The position numbers were made by a program, and so were the translations under genes. A stretch of 64,000 nt of DNA, taken from Candidatus Falkowbacteria bacterium RIFOXYA2_FULL_47_19 (GTDB lineage: Bacteria; Patescibacteriota; Patescibacteriia; Patescibacteriales; UBA12075). The notes under the pieces are model-generated. The model was not told the DNA's origin and ran no database searches. It worked only from the letters and a program-made list of their open reading frames with translations. Positions 47,528-58,255 of the stretch are shown in pieces (positions within the stretch are counted from its first letter, which is position 1; every line of letters begins with the position of its first letter). The stretch spans positions 40,813 through 104,812 of the forward strand of contig MFGB01000020.1 of NCBI GenBank assembly GCA_001780275.1. Reading direction: 5' to 3'.

Positions 47528-49948
47528 TTATTCGTAATCCGGCTCTATATATAAATCATAGACATGAATAGCTCCGTCGCTGTCCGCGTTGATCTCGCCG
47601 GTAATAGCCGTAAAACCGTCGATCGCCACGGCATCTTTTCCGAAATAATTGCTGGCGAAGGATTCATATACGGAAGCGATCTGGCTATAAACGTCGCCGG
47701 TTATCAGAAACGCCCAGAATCTTTTCTGAAGATATGAAGAAACCACGGCCCGGTTGCCGTCCAGAGCCACCCGCTGGCCGAATCCGTCGCCGATATATCC
47801 GTTTTCCGCCGTAATTTCGTTGATCTTGTCCCATTCGCCGGTAGCGGCATCGCGCCTAAAAAGGAGGGCGCGGCCGGCTTTACCGGATTTGGGCGTGGAA
47901 CCGACCAAGGCGTAATTGCCGGAAATTGAAACGCTCTGCCCGACATACACGCAATTCACGTAATCGCCGACAAAATAATCGGTTTCACTCCAGGTTTCCG
48001 TACTCTCGTCATATTCGAAGAAATAAACCGCGCCCTGGTCATAAGCACCGTGTTTATGAGCGCCTACCACGGCGTAATTGCCGTCAATGGCCACGCTCGT
48101 ACCGAAATAGGCATTGGCTTCGCCGTTAGAAGCGGTTACAACCGTGTGTCCGCTATCATGAAAAATATAAGCCGCGCCGGCATTGCTTGCGGCACTGTCA
48201 TTGCGGGGCGCGCCGGCAATCGACATATCTCCGGAAATATCGACGCTCTGTCCCAGGTTTTCCCCGGCGCTGCCGTCCTGTCCCAGGAACTCGTCGCCAA
48301 CCTGGGTGCAGCCGTTGCTGGAACAGGTATAAAAATAAACCGCGCCGACATCGCTGTACGCGCTATGGCCCTGTCCGATAATATCGCCGTCCCTCTGCCA
48401 GGCGCCGACAATGGCGTTGGCACCGTCTATCGCTACGGCGCTGCCGTAATTCTCGTATCCGCCGTAATCCGGGTATGTCGTAATGATATCCTTGACTTCC
48501 ACTTCTTCCCAGCCGTTCGCCCCTTTAGCGAAAACGAAAAGAGCGCCTCGCTGGTTATACACGAACCTGGGATCTCCCACCAGCATAATATCCCCGGAAA
48601 CACCGATCGACCAGCCGAACCAGCTGGCGTCGCTGTCGCTCGGATTCAATTCCGAGTGGCCCGGGGCGCCCAATGTAAATTCATAAGCGGATTCGATATC
48701 GAGATCATAACCGATCATGGTTTTAACGCCGTCTATCTCGAACAACTGCTCCACGGCGGTATGGTTTCCGTCTATCACGGTCTCGTACTCTCTCGTAACC
48801 GGCGGCCCATAAGCGGAGTAGCCGTAATGGCCGTTCCAGAATTCAAGGATATGCTCTTTGACCGCGATCGCTTTTCCGATCGCCCAGTTCAGGACCAACT
48901 GCGACCAATGCTCGTTCTCCTCTGCATCCACCCGCAGAAAATCCTGCACATAAAGTCCGTCATCGTCGCAGGTGGCCGGCGGAGTGGTTGAGCATTGCGG
49001 ATCAGGCCATTCATGTACCCAAACGCCGTGGCCGTCGTTGTCCCAGGGCAAGCCGAAGGTTTCTAAACCGGAGTTACCGTAATATTCCTCGTTGTCGTAT
49101 TCGTCGAGAAAAAGCTGGGAAAGTGGATCTTGGCCGCTTAATTTCCATCCCGGGAAATCCTGGAATATGCCGACGGGATGGACGGTATAGACGCGGTCGA
49201 TGTTAACATGACTGGTAGCCGTATATCCATATAAGGGATAAGTTACCTCTTCGCCGCCAGTTACCGTGTCAAACCAATTCCCATTCGCGTTTCCGTAAGG
49301 ATCGTGCACAATTACGTTTTGTTCTGTGCCGTTTACGCCCGTATCATAACCGATAATCACCAGATAATGACCATACTCTATGCTACTGATCGTAATCTCG
49401 GCATGACCGATCAGGGGCAGTCCAGCGTCAATGTTTTGCTTGATGATGTCAAAACGATCTGAATATATCGCATCACTAACGATAAGGCCGTGATTTTCGA
49501 GATACAACTTCAATTGATTAGGATCTGTGCCCCAATATGGATTCGCCGAGTCTGCTCCGGGGCCAGTAACTATAAATCCATGAGCTCCATAAACTTCGTG
49601 CGGGAAATGAAGATTATATGTATTTGGCGCATCTATTCCGTCCCAATCCCTTGCCCATTCTTCATTATAATCTTCACCGCTTTTGTCGGTCCAGTTGGTA
49701 TAAGGGTTGTATACATACCAACCTGGGTAGCCGGAAGTGTTTTCCGGCTGAAGCTTATGGAACTCCGTAATCATCACGGCCGATGTCGGGCCGCAGGCGT
49801 TATATCCCAGAAAATAATTCTGGTCCATGTGTTCAACTTGGTTGATATATGGGACGTTTTCAACTGTTACGGTGGCCGCGTTGACCTGAGGGATAAAAAC
49901 CAACAAACAGACCGTGACAAGGGCTGATGCCCACGCTATTTTTTTCAT
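47528..49948 (-). CDS. Secreted C39-like cysteine peptidase with FG-GAP beta-propeller
   Basis: VPYINQ...ACGPTSAVM, GHYLVIIGYD, VHDPYG; repeated FG.SV.ISG..A.VGA. Confidence 0.85.
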   Translation of the reverse strand: MKKIAWASALVTVCLLVFIPQVNAATVTVENVPYINQVEHMDQNYFLGYNACGPTSAVMITEFHKLQPENTSGYPGWYVYNPYTNWTDKSGEDYNEEWARDWDGIDAPNTYNLHFPHEVYGAHGFIVTGPGADSANPYWGTDPNQLKLYLENHGLIVSDAIYSDRFDIIKQNIDAGLPLIGHAEITISSIEYGHYLVIIGYDTGVNGTEQNVIVHDPYGNANGNWFDTVTGGEEVTYPLYGYTATSHVNIDRVYTVHPVGIFQDFPGWKLSGQDPLSQLFLDEYDNEEYYGNSGLETFGLPWDNDGHGVWVHEWPDPQCSTTPPATCDDDGLYVQDFLRVDAEENEHWSQLVLNWAIGKAIAVKEHILEFWNGHYGYSAYGPPVTREYETVIDGNHTAVEQLFEIDGVKTMIGYDLDIESAYEFTLGAPGHSELNPSDSDASWFGWSIGVSGDIMLVGDPRFVYNQRGALFVFAKGANGWEEVEVKDIITTYPDYGGYENYGSAVAIDGANAIVGAWQRDGDIIGQGHSAYSDVGAVYFYTCSSNGCTQVGDEFLGQDGSAGENLGQSVDISGDMSIAGAPRNDSAASNAGAAYIFHDSGHTVVTASNGEANAYFGTSVAIDGNYAVVGAHKHGAYDQGAVYFFEYDESTETWSETDYFVGDYVNCVYVGQSVSISGNYALVGSTPKSGKAGRALLFRRDAATGEWDKINEITAENGYIGDGFGQRVALDGNRAVVSSYLQKRFWAFLITGDVYSQIASVYESFASNYFGKDAVAIDGFTAITGEINADSDGAIHVYDLYIEPDYE

Positions 49949-50134
49949 TTATTTTCCTTTCTGGTTTTTCTGGACGTTCGTGAATGTTTGACCGATGACC
50001 CACCTAAATGCTTATTCAATTTTAATGAACCATTGTTTTCCTCCTTTCTATCTTATGTTTTTGCTACAGAGTAATTTTTTTAAAATTACTCTTGAAGAGA
50101 TACGAAATTAATCGCATCTCCGAAAAGAATAATT

Positions 50135-50860
50135 TTATTGTATAAACTGAAATAAATCTAATACCTCCCGACACAATTCTTCTTCCATGTAATTAATAAC
50201 CAAATAATCCTTATTATCTAACTTATTATATTCCGTATAATATTGTTTACTGTCAAATGTTTTGCATGACCGGTTCCCGCTCTCATCGGGCACCATATTA
50301 CAAGACTTGACACTGGCCAGCACCTCATAAAACCTTATATCGTTCTTATTATTAAATTCCTTGATTGATATTAATTCTGCAGGATTTTGATAATTATTCC
50401 AGCCGACCGTTTCTAAATAATTTTTTAAACTATTGTAATTTTTGTTACTATAATCATGAAAATTTATATATATATATGGATTTTTATCGTCCTCTGGATA
50501 ATGCTGTTTTGATTCCTCTGGAACCGGTCCCCGAATACTTAACCCACTACTTCCTTCCTGAAATTCCATTACGTCCTCGCTATCTTCAAACTCAAACTCA
50601 ATCCCCCAATATTCATTCCGATATTTTTTCCAGCCACCCTCTTCTTTTGTAATTACGCCTTTGTATTTATCGTCCGGATTTTCCGCCACCGCTTCTTCGT
50701 TATTTAAATTCGCGCTCTCGTTATTTACTTGCGCTTGCTCCTGATTTTTATTTTGTTCCTCTCCCGGCGTCTGTTTTCTTATTAACAAACCTGCTCCGGC
50801 GATAAATAAGAGCGCTGCCGCGATGGTAATAACCAGGACGTTTTTGTGGATTTTAAACAT
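50135..50860 (-). CDS. Membrane-anchored hypothetical protein
   Basis: N-terminal TM, WKKYRNEYWGIEFEF motif. Confidence 0.7.
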   Translation of the reverse strand: MFKIHKNVLVITIAAALLFIAGAGLLIRKQTPGEEQNKNQEQAQVNNESANLNNEEAVAENPDDKYKGVITKEEGGWKKYRNEYWGIEFEFEDSEDVMEFQEGSSGLSIRGPVPEESKQHYPEDDKNPYIYINFHDYSNKNYNSLKNYLETVGWNNYQNPAELISIKEFNNKNDIRFYEVLASVKSCNMVPDESGNRSCKTFDSKQYYTEYNKLDNKDYLVINYMEEELCREVLDLFQFIQ

Positions 50861-51090
50861 AGATTTTTTAGGGAAAACCCTCCTTTAAATTAAATTAAAA
50901 TTATCATAGCACAAAGCATATGAAATTTCTCTAAAAAAAATATAAAGAAAATATAAAAATATTATAAAGATAAGATTAAAATTTATAATAGCTTTATTTA
51001 ATATAAGCAAAAAAATATTTACCCGAAAATTACCGCCTTAACGCGCCGAAACGTAAAAAATATTTAAAAAAAATTTAAGAAAAAATAAAT

Positions 51091-51299
51091 TTTCCCGCGC
51101 GAGCGGGAATCCAGCCTGCCGGCCGGCAGGGGGTGGGCGGGATTAACTTTGTATTGTGTTTGCGATTGTCGGTACGGATAGATCATGGATCCCCGATATC
51201 CGTCCCGGGCGGATTCGGGGATGACAAATCAGCGTTTTGGAAAAGAGAGTGGAGTCCGTTTACTAATAATTCCACCGACAAGGTCGGTGTGTAGTTTAA
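51091..51299. repeat. REP/MITE-like element copy 2
   Basis: Homologous to 5762-5951, including nested CCTGCCGGCCGGCAGG and ATCCGTCCCGGGCGGAT. Confidence 0.8.
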
Positions 51300-51378
51300 T
51301 ATTTCTTATTATTATTTTATCATCCGCGGCGATTTTCAACAAACAAAAACGGACATTTAAGTCCGTTTTTTTTATTTT

Positions 51379-52569
51379 TTATTCCCCGTTCTTCATGGAA
51401 CCCAGGAAGAGAACAGAGAGGAGGAGGAATGAACCGGCGACCGTCCAGGAAGCCGGAACGCCGTAGTTTTGCGCGATCCATCCGCTCGCGATAAGGCCTA
51501 AAAAAGCGGCTACGCCCTCCAGCATAGAGACGAAGGATTGGACAGTGGCGCGCACCCGGCCGGGGATGCGGCGGTTAAGATAGGCGTTTTGGATAGGCGC
51601 GTAGAATCCGCGCGCGAATTCGTGTCCGTAGAAACCGATAAGCGCCGCGAATAAGACCGGGCTCAAGGCGGCGGCTATCGCGCTCACGGCGAAAACAACC
51701 AAACCCAGGATGATCGCGTATTTTTCCTTTTTGAATTTATTCCCGAAACGGCCGGCAAATTCGTTTCCCAGATAAAGTATTATCAGGGAAGCGCCATGCA
51801 CCCAGCCCAGAGCTACGACCGGCACCGAGAAACCGTCCCGGAAAAACGGCTGCCAGTACATATTAAAGGGCATACAGGTAAAGGAGTAAGCCATGGCGGA
51901 AAGGCCGAGGAAAAAAATCGAGCGGTTTTTCAGGCCGAAATCACAGCTGTCTTTTATGATCCGTTTCAGGCCGGTCCGTTCCGGATCGGCCTTTTTTCTG
52001 GCCTGGAAATATGATTCGTCTATCAGGAATATGGCCAGAACCCCGCAGATCAAGATCGTAATACCGGACACGAGCCAGGGCAGAGCGATATTGATCGCGC
52101 CGATATAGGCGCCAAAAACGGTTCCGATTATCCGGCTTAAGTTTCTGATCTTCTCCTTGTCGCTCGCGAGCTTATTCAGGCAAAAACTCTCGCCGCAAAG
52201 ATCGAGCGAATCTATCGCCCAGGCGTCAAAGGCGCCCGAACAAAACGACATGCCCAGGGCCGCTATGATCTCTGCTATCACGAACCATGTGAAAGTAGAA
52301 GAGAAATAATAAATAAACATCGATCCGGCAGCGGTAAAACAGGATAAGACGAACGAAAGTTTTCGCCCGTAATTATCAGCGATCGATCCGGTCGGTACTT
52401 CAAAAAGCGCGCCCGACAGCATGAAAGAAGCATTGATCAAATTAACCTGCCACAAATTTAATCCGTTAAACAGCAGAAAGACAGTATAGGTCGAGAAAAA
52501 AAACGACATTCCCAGGTTAATAATGAATTCAAAGCCGTAATACACCGCGAGTATTTTTTTCTTGGCCAT
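51379..52569 (-). CDS. MFS transporter
   Basis: FEVPTGSIADNYGRK motif A, about 12 TMs. Confidence 0.92.
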   Translation of the reverse strand: MAKKKILAVYYGFEFIINLGMSFFFSTYTVFLLFNGLNLWQVNLINASFMLSGALFEVPTGSIADNYGRKLSFVLSCFTAAGSMFIYYFSSTFTWFVIAEIIAALGMSFCSGAFDAWAIDSLDLCGESFCLNKLASDKEKIRNLSRIIGTVFGAYIGAINIALPWLVSGITILICGVLAIFLIDESYFQARKKADPERTGLKRIIKDSCDFGLKNRSIFFLGLSAMAYSFTCMPFNMYWQPFFRDGFSVPVVALGWVHGASLIILYLGNEFAGRFGNKFKKEKYAIILGLVVFAVSAIAAALSPVLFAALIGFYGHEFARGFYAPIQNAYLNRRIPGRVRATVQSFVSMLEGVAAFLGLIASGWIAQNYGVPASWTVAGSFLLLSVLFLGSMKNGE

Positions 52570-53052
52570 ATCCACCCCCTTTCGGTTTGTAAAAGAGCGA
52601 AAATAATAAAGAGCCAGGCGTCGCGGCCTGGCTAAAGGGGGTTAGTTTATATGAAGCGATTTAATTTTTTGTATCGGGAAAATTTGTTCTTAAACCGCCT
52701 GAAGCCAGACTGCGAGGGCAAAATACCGGAGCATAGGAAAAACGCGCCCCGGTGAGATCGGCCCAGGTTTTCATGATTTGGCTTAAATTGCGGTTTAAAA
52801 ATAATCTCATAAAATTTATTTCACTATATTAATAATACGTTAAAACGAGAAAAACGTTACACTTATTTTAGCTAAAAACAAGTTAAAAAATAATAATTTT
52901 TAGCTTGACATATTTTTATGTTTATGCTATTTTAAGCTCAAGTTCCATGTTCTTTTAACTCCCTTTAGGGGCGGGGAAAAATTCGCCCCAGGCGCGGTGA
53001 TATCCGTGCCGGCTCTTTTGGCCGGTGATATCCGGCTACGAAAAGGAGGCTT

Positions 53053-53892
53053 ATGTCACGCTTTAGGGTAGAGGTTACAAGTGAGGGTTCGCTAAGTTTG
53101 CGGGAAAAAAGTGGATCTGGTTTTTATGTGCGAGCAGCTTCATTCAAGGGTATTAATGTTCCTGTGGGCGTAACAACAAAAGAGGTTTTAATAGAGCTGC
53201 CGCGTGAATCAAAACAGGAGTTTATGTTTATCCAGGCGCCGGCGACAACGGAAGATGCTGAGATTATTGTTCTGGAGTGGGCAGAGAGATGGCTGGATGA
53301 TGACACCAAGGTCGCCGGCACGGTAACGGTAAGCGTGCCGTTTGCCAACCTTGATCTGCCGAAAAATTTTCGGCCCAGGAAGAAGAAGATGTATTCGATC
53401 AGCGAAGACGCGATCTATCTGCGCGTCGGCCAAAGCTTCTATTGCTCTAATGAGGCTAAGGCCAGAGCGCGCGAACTTCGCTATGCTCCGGCCGAAACCA
53501 TGATCAAGTATATTCTCGGCTGGATCACCCTGGCTGACCTCGGGATGATCGCCCGCGGCGCGGACAAAAAAGAAGTTGAAGGGTTGCGGCGGGAAAACAA
53601 GGGGTTGAGAAAATCCCTGGACGAAGCCCGCAAACAGGCCAGAAAATTTTTGGACGAAAAAACCGCCCTGGAGGACGAGTTAAGATCCACTACTTTTTCA
53701 CTCAAGGTCATGTTGGGGCAAAATGAGGATACTTTGGATATTTTAAAAAAACACTGGGATATCCTCGGCGATATTCGCCGGGTTGCCGGTGAAACGGAAA
53801 AGGTTCCTTTTTGGCAAAAGGGCCGCTCCCATGATAAATTGGAGCTGATCAGAGGCCGCCTGGAGCGAGCGGCCGCAGAGGATAAAATTTAA
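53053..53892 (+). CDS. Hypothetical protein with C-terminal coiled coil
   Basis: SD AGGAGG, 279 aa. Confidence 0.7.
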   Translation: MSRFRVEVTSEGSLSLREKSGSGFYVRAASFKGINVPVGVTTKEVLIELPRESKQEFMFIQAPATTEDAEIIVLEWAERWLDDDTKVAGTVTVSVPFANLDLPKNFRPRKKKMYSISEDAIYLRVGQSFYCSNEAKARARELRYAPAETMIKYILGWITLADLGMIARGADKKEVEGLRRENKGLRKSLDEARKQARKFLDEKTALEDELRSTTFSLKVMLGQNEDTLDILKKHWDILGDIRRVAGETEKVPFWQKGRSHDKLELIRGRLERAAAEDKI

Positions 53893-53956
53893 TTTTACAC
53901 AAACAACCAGCAAAGCCTTATCAAAAGATAAGGCTTTTAAAATTATCAGAGAAGAA

Positions 53957-54640
53957 TCAGACGAAAAGACATTTTTCCCAGCCTGTTTTTTCCAATTCCT
54001 CAAGCGTCTTTGCGTTCGCGATCTGGAAATCACCGACTGCGGTGCGGGTAAGTTCCTCTAAATAGGCGCCGCAGCCGAGAGCCTGGCCGATATCGTGCGC
54101 GAGCGCGCGGATATAAGTGCCGGAAGAACATTTTACCCTGATAGCGAGAAGCGGCCAGTCGTAAGATGATAATTCCAGTTCATAAATATTTATGGCGACC
54201 GGCGCGCGTTCAACCTCGACTCCCTTACGGGCCAATTCGTATAATTTTTTACCATTGATCTTTTTGGCGCTGTACATCGGCGGCACCTGCGTTTGTTTGC
54301 CGATGAATTTTTGCATGACCGGTTTGATGGTTTCGGAATCCGGCTTTGTGTATTCGGAATCAGGTTTCGTGGTTATGTTTCCGGTCGGGTCATAAGTATC
54401 CGTGGTCGCGCCCAGACGGAGAACAGCCGAATATTCTTTATCCAGTTTCACGAAACGGCCGATCTCTCTGGTCGCTTCGCGTCCGACGGCCACGATCAAA
54501 ACACCCCGGGCAAACGGATCGAGCGTGCCGGCGTGCCCGATCTTCTTTATTCCGGTAAGCCGGCGCAATTTATAGATCATGTCGTGTGAAGTCGGCCCCG
54601 CCGGTTTATTTAAAATTAAAAATCCGCTTTTATCTTCCAT
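53957..54640 (-). CDS. truB: tRNA pseudouridine(55) synthase TruB
   Basis: KIGHAGTLDPFA.GVL, PPMYSA.KING..LY.LAR, CSSGTYIR.LA.D.G. Confidence 0.97.
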   Translation of the reverse strand: MEDKSGFLILNKPAGPTSHDMIYKLRRLTGIKKIGHAGTLDPFARGVLIVAVGREATREIGRFVKLDKEYSAVLRLGATTDTYDPTGNITTKPDSEYTKPDSETIKPVMQKFIGKQTQVPPMYSAKKINGKKLYELARKGVEVERAPVAINIYELELSSYDWPLLAIRVKCSSGTYIRALAHDIGQALGCGAYLEELTRTAVGDFQIANAKTLEELEKTGWEKCLFV

Positions 54641-54795
54641 AAGACGATAAAATTAACATGCTTATACCTTAACACGATTTTGGCGAAAAATCCAAATCTT
54701 TGGTTGACTTTTATAAATAAATATTGTAAAATTAAATAAAATTCAGGGTAGATTGTCCTTGAATTTTAAATTTACTAATATTAAAAAAAATAATC

Positions 54796-56790
54796 ATGAA
54801 TGTAACCGAATTAGCCAGAATTTTAAGAGTTAATCCGCAGGAATTGCGCGACTATTTGCCGCAATACGGTTTTGATATTGGCCAAAAAGCCATAAAAATC
54901 GACGGCCACGTCGCCAATAAGATCATGAAAGAGTGGCCGGATATCAGGCGCAAAATAGCCAGACAGAAAGAGCTTGAATTACAGAAAGACAAAATAAATA
55001 TTCCGGAAAATGAAACATCCGCGGAGAAAAAAACGATCAGTATTCCGCGCCTGGTTACGGTCAGGGAATTAGCCGCTTTGTCCGGCGCGCCGCTTAATAA
55101 AATTCTGGCAGAGCTTATGAAAAACGGAATATTCGCTTCTTTGAACGAAAAAATAGATTTCGATACCGCCTGGCTAGTGGGCACTGAACTTGGACTTGAG
55201 ATAAAACCGGCCGAAACGAAAAAAGAGGCTGAAAACAGGGAAGAGGAAGAGGAAGATAAGATAAAGAGCGCCTTCGCGAAAGAAGAGGAAAAGGATCTTT
55301 TGCCGCGTCCGCCGGTGATCGTGGTCATGGGCCACGTCGATCACGGTAAAACGAAACTTTTAGACGCTATCCGGCGAACCCACGTCGTGGACGGTGAAGC
55401 CGGCGGCATTACCCAGCATATCGGCGCTTATCAGGTAATGCGCCGCCAAAAACTCATCACTTTTATCGATACGCCGGGACACGAGGCTTTTACCGCCATG
55501 CGCAGCCGCGGCGCACGCATCGCAGATATCGCGATTTTAGTGGTCGCCGCGGATGACGGCGTCAAACCGCAGACGATCGAAGCTTTCCGCATAATCGAAA
55601 AAGCAAAGATACCTTTCGTGGTGGCGATAAACAAGATAGACAAACCCGGCGCCAATCTGGACAAAACGAAGCAGGAATTATCCTCGCAGCTTAATATAGT
55701 ACCGGAAGACTGGGGCGGCAAGACGATTTGTGCCCCCGTATCGGCCAAAGAGGGCCAGGGTATTACCGAGCTTCTGGATATGGTCCTATTAGCCGCTGAG
55801 ATGGAGGCGAAAAGCCTAAAAGCTAATCCGGCGGCGTCGGCTCTGGGCACTATCATAGAATCGCACGTCGATAAAGGCGCCGGTCCGGTGGCGACGATCC
55901 TTATACAGAACGGCACGCTTAAAGTAGGCGATCACCTCGTTTTTGACGGAATCGATATCGGCCGGGTAAGGGGACTTAATAATTACCAGGGGGAAAAAAT
56001 AGAATCCGCCCTTCCGGCCACCCCGATCCAGATTCTGGGCCTAAAAGCCTTGCCGCGGGTCGGGGATATTATCGGGGTGGGCTTTGGAGAAAAAATGAAA
56101 TCGAAAAAAACCAAGACCATCGTCCGGTCGGCCGGTTCGCAAATGCCGGAAAATACGATCCGGGAAGACGATAAGGCGAAAAAGATCAATATTATAATTA
56201 AAAGCGACGTACTTGGATCGGGCGAAGCGATCGAAGAATCGCTCGAAAAGATAAATACCGACAAAGTAAAGGTAAGGGTAATAAGCCGCGGCTTAGGAAA
56301 TATTACGGAAGGCGATCTTAAAAGGGCCGAGGCGGCGAACGGCCTGGTTATCGGTTTTAACGTAAAAATACCGACAGTTATCGAAAATATGGCCCGGGAA
56401 AAAAATATCGAAATAAAACTTTACAATATCATCTATAACCTTATAAATGACGTTAAGGCCATGATGCTGTCCGCACTGGGTCCGGTTACCGAAAGAAAGG
56501 ATCTGGGCAGGCTCAAGGTCAAGGCGGTTTTTAAAAATGAAAAAACCAGCCAGATCGTCGGCGGCCGGATGGAGGAAGGACGGGTCGAAAAAGGGTCGAT
56601 GATCGAGGTTTGGCGGAATAAGGAATTTTTAACTTCAGGTGTGCTAAAAAAATTACAATCCGCCAAAGAAGACGTTACCGACTGTGAAACGGGGCAGGAA
56701 TGCGGTATCGAATACGAGGGCAGTCCGATCATAGAGGTCGGCGATGTCCTGCGTTTTTATAAAACGGAAGAAACGGCCGGTAAATTATAA
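54796..56790 (+). CDS. infB: Translation initiation factor IF-2
   Basis: MGHVDHGKT, GGITQHIGAY, DTPGHEAF, NKID. Confidence 0.98.
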   Translation: MNVTELARILRVNPQELRDYLPQYGFDIGQKAIKIDGHVANKIMKEWPDIRRKIARQKELELQKDKINIPENETSAEKKTISIPRLVTVRELAALSGAPLNKILAELMKNGIFASLNEKIDFDTAWLVGTELGLEIKPAETKKEAENREEEEEDKIKSAFAKEEEKDLLPRPPVIVVMGHVDHGKTKLLDAIRRTHVVDGEAGGITQHIGAYQVMRRQKLITFIDTPGHEAFTAMRSRGARIADIAILVVAADDGVKPQTIEAFRIIEKAKIPFVVAINKIDKPGANLDKTKQELSSQLNIVPEDWGGKTICAPVSAKEGQGITELLDMVLLAAEMEAKSLKANPAASALGTIIESHVDKGAGPVATILIQNGTLKVGDHLVFDGIDIGRVRGLNNYQGEKIESALPATPIQILGLKALPRVGDIIGVGFGEKMKSKKTKTIVRSAGSQMPENTIREDDKAKKINIIIKSDVLGSGEAIEESLEKINTDKVKVRVISRGLGNITEGDLKRAEAANGLVIGFNVKIPTVIENMAREKNIEIKLYNIIYNLINDVKAMMLSALGPVTERKDLGRLKVKAVFKNEKTSQIVGGRMEEGRVEKGSMIEVWRNKEFLTSGVLKKLQSAKEDVTDCETGQECGIEYEGSPIIEVGDVLRFYKTEETAGKL

Positions 56791-56818
56791 CCGCGAACAC
56801 CACCGGTAACGCAATAAT

Positions 56819-57154
56819 ATGTCCAGACGAATCGAACAAGTCAATGAGATCTTAAGGAGCGAGCTCGCTAACCTTATTACCGGCAACCTTGAGATGGACG
56901 GCTGCCTTATAACGGTAATTTCCGTTAAAACCTCGCCTGATCTGCGGCATGCCCGCGTCAGCGTTTCCGTATTGCCGGAACATCTGACCGGCACGGCCCT
57001 CCAGGAGATCAGAAAAAAGAATTCCCTCTTCAGCCGCGTGCTCAAGAAGAAGCTTAATCTTAAACTGATCCCTAAGTTCAACTGGGTGGTCGACGCCAAC
57101 GAACGGTACGCGGCCGAAATAAACCGGGCCATAGATGAAATGAAAAACACCTAA
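56819..57154 (+). CDS. rbfA: Ribosome-binding factor A
   Basis: RRIEQV...ITV..V..SPDL..A.V...P.F; follows infB. Confidence 0.9.
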   Translation: MSRRIEQVNEILRSELANLITGNLEMDGCLITVISVKTSPDLRHARVSVSVLPEHLTGTALQEIRKKNSLFSRVLKKKLNLKLIPKFNWVVDANERYAAEINRAIDEMKNT

Positions 57155-57163
57155 TAATTTATT

Positions 57164-58126
57164 ATGCAGGAAGAAAAATTCACGCTCGCCTGGAATAAAA
57201 TACAAGCAGCGAATAAAATACTCCTGGTAACCCATAAAAAGCCGGACGGGGACGCTCTTGGTTCGATTTGCGCCTTAAGTGAAATACTGGAATCGAAAAA
57301 AAATTATGACGCTTTTTGCGGCGACACCCCTTCAGCGCAATTTGATTTTCTTCCCCATATCGAAAAAATCCGGTCAGACAGGAATTCTCTGGATTTTTCC
57401 GCTTACGACCTTATATTCGTATTGGATTGCGGCGGAATCAACCGGACCGGACTGGAAAAAGAACTGCTTAGCCGCCGAAGCGGACAATTCGTGATCGAAT
57501 TCGATCATCACCCGAAAATGGACGATTACGCCGATCTCGAGATCCGGTTGCCGAAAAGTTCGTCTACCGCGGAAGTTCTACATGATTTTTTAAAAACGAA
57601 CGGCATAAAACCGAACAAGAATGTCGCCAACTGCCTCCTGGCCGGAATTTTAACCGATACCGGTAATTTCCTTTATCCCTCGACCTCGGACAAAACGGTA
57701 AAGATCGGCGCGGCCATGCTCTCTGCCGGCGCCCGGCTTCCGACCATTATCGAAAATACCTGGCGCAACAAGAATCTGCCGGGCATGAAATTCTGGGGCA
57801 AGGCGATCGACAATCTTAACGTCAACAAAAAATATAATTTTGCTTATACGGTCCTGACCCACGAGGATATCGCGCGATCCGGCGCCACTGAAGAGGAGTT
57901 CGACGGCATTGCCGGTTTTTTAAGCAACTTATGCGGCGTGAACGGACTTTTAGTGCTACGGGAAGAAACAGACGGACGGATCAAGGGCAGTTTGCGGACC
58001 ACCCATCCGACGGTCGATGTTTCTAAATTAGCTAAACTCCTGGGCGGTGGCGGACACGCCAAAGCCTCCGGTTTCGTTATGGAGGGCCGGATAGAAAACT
58101 CCGGGCATGGCTGGCGGGTGGTCTAA
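57164..58126 (+). CDS. nrnA: DHH-family bifunctional oligoribonuclease/PAP phosphatase
   Basis: H..PDGDALGS, DHH, DTGNF, GGGGH..ASG. Confidence 0.9.
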   Translation: MQEEKFTLAWNKIQAANKILLVTHKKPDGDALGSICALSEILESKKNYDAFCGDTPSAQFDFLPHIEKIRSDRNSLDFSAYDLIFVLDCGGINRTGLEKELLSRRSGQFVIEFDHHPKMDDYADLEIRLPKSSSTAEVLHDFLKTNGIKPNKNVANCLLAGILTDTGNFLYPSTSDKTVKIGAAMLSAGARLPTIIENTWRNKNLPGMKFWGKAIDNLNVNKKYNFAYTVLTHEDIARSGATEEEFDGIAGFLSNLCGVNGLLVLREETDGRIKGSLRTTHPTVDVSKLAKLLGGGGHAKASGFVMEGRIENSGHGWRVV

Positions 58127-58255
58127 AAATTAATGTCTTTTTAATTTTAACTTAATACTATATAATAAATTAATCATTTGCCGATCGGCGGTTAGGGATG
58201 ATATGTTTAAACATCGGATTTAAACAACCCCTGACGCCTGATCCACTTAAACCAA

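Noticed and set aside
48050..48991. Long antisense ORFs (e.g. 48050-48991, 11061-11696, 468-1001)
   Set aside because: Shadow frames opposite well-supported genes, with no recognisable motifs
54330..54370. In-frame 21-bp duplication in truB (TKPDSEY/TKPDSET)
   Set aside because: Lies in a variable loop; ordinary slippage
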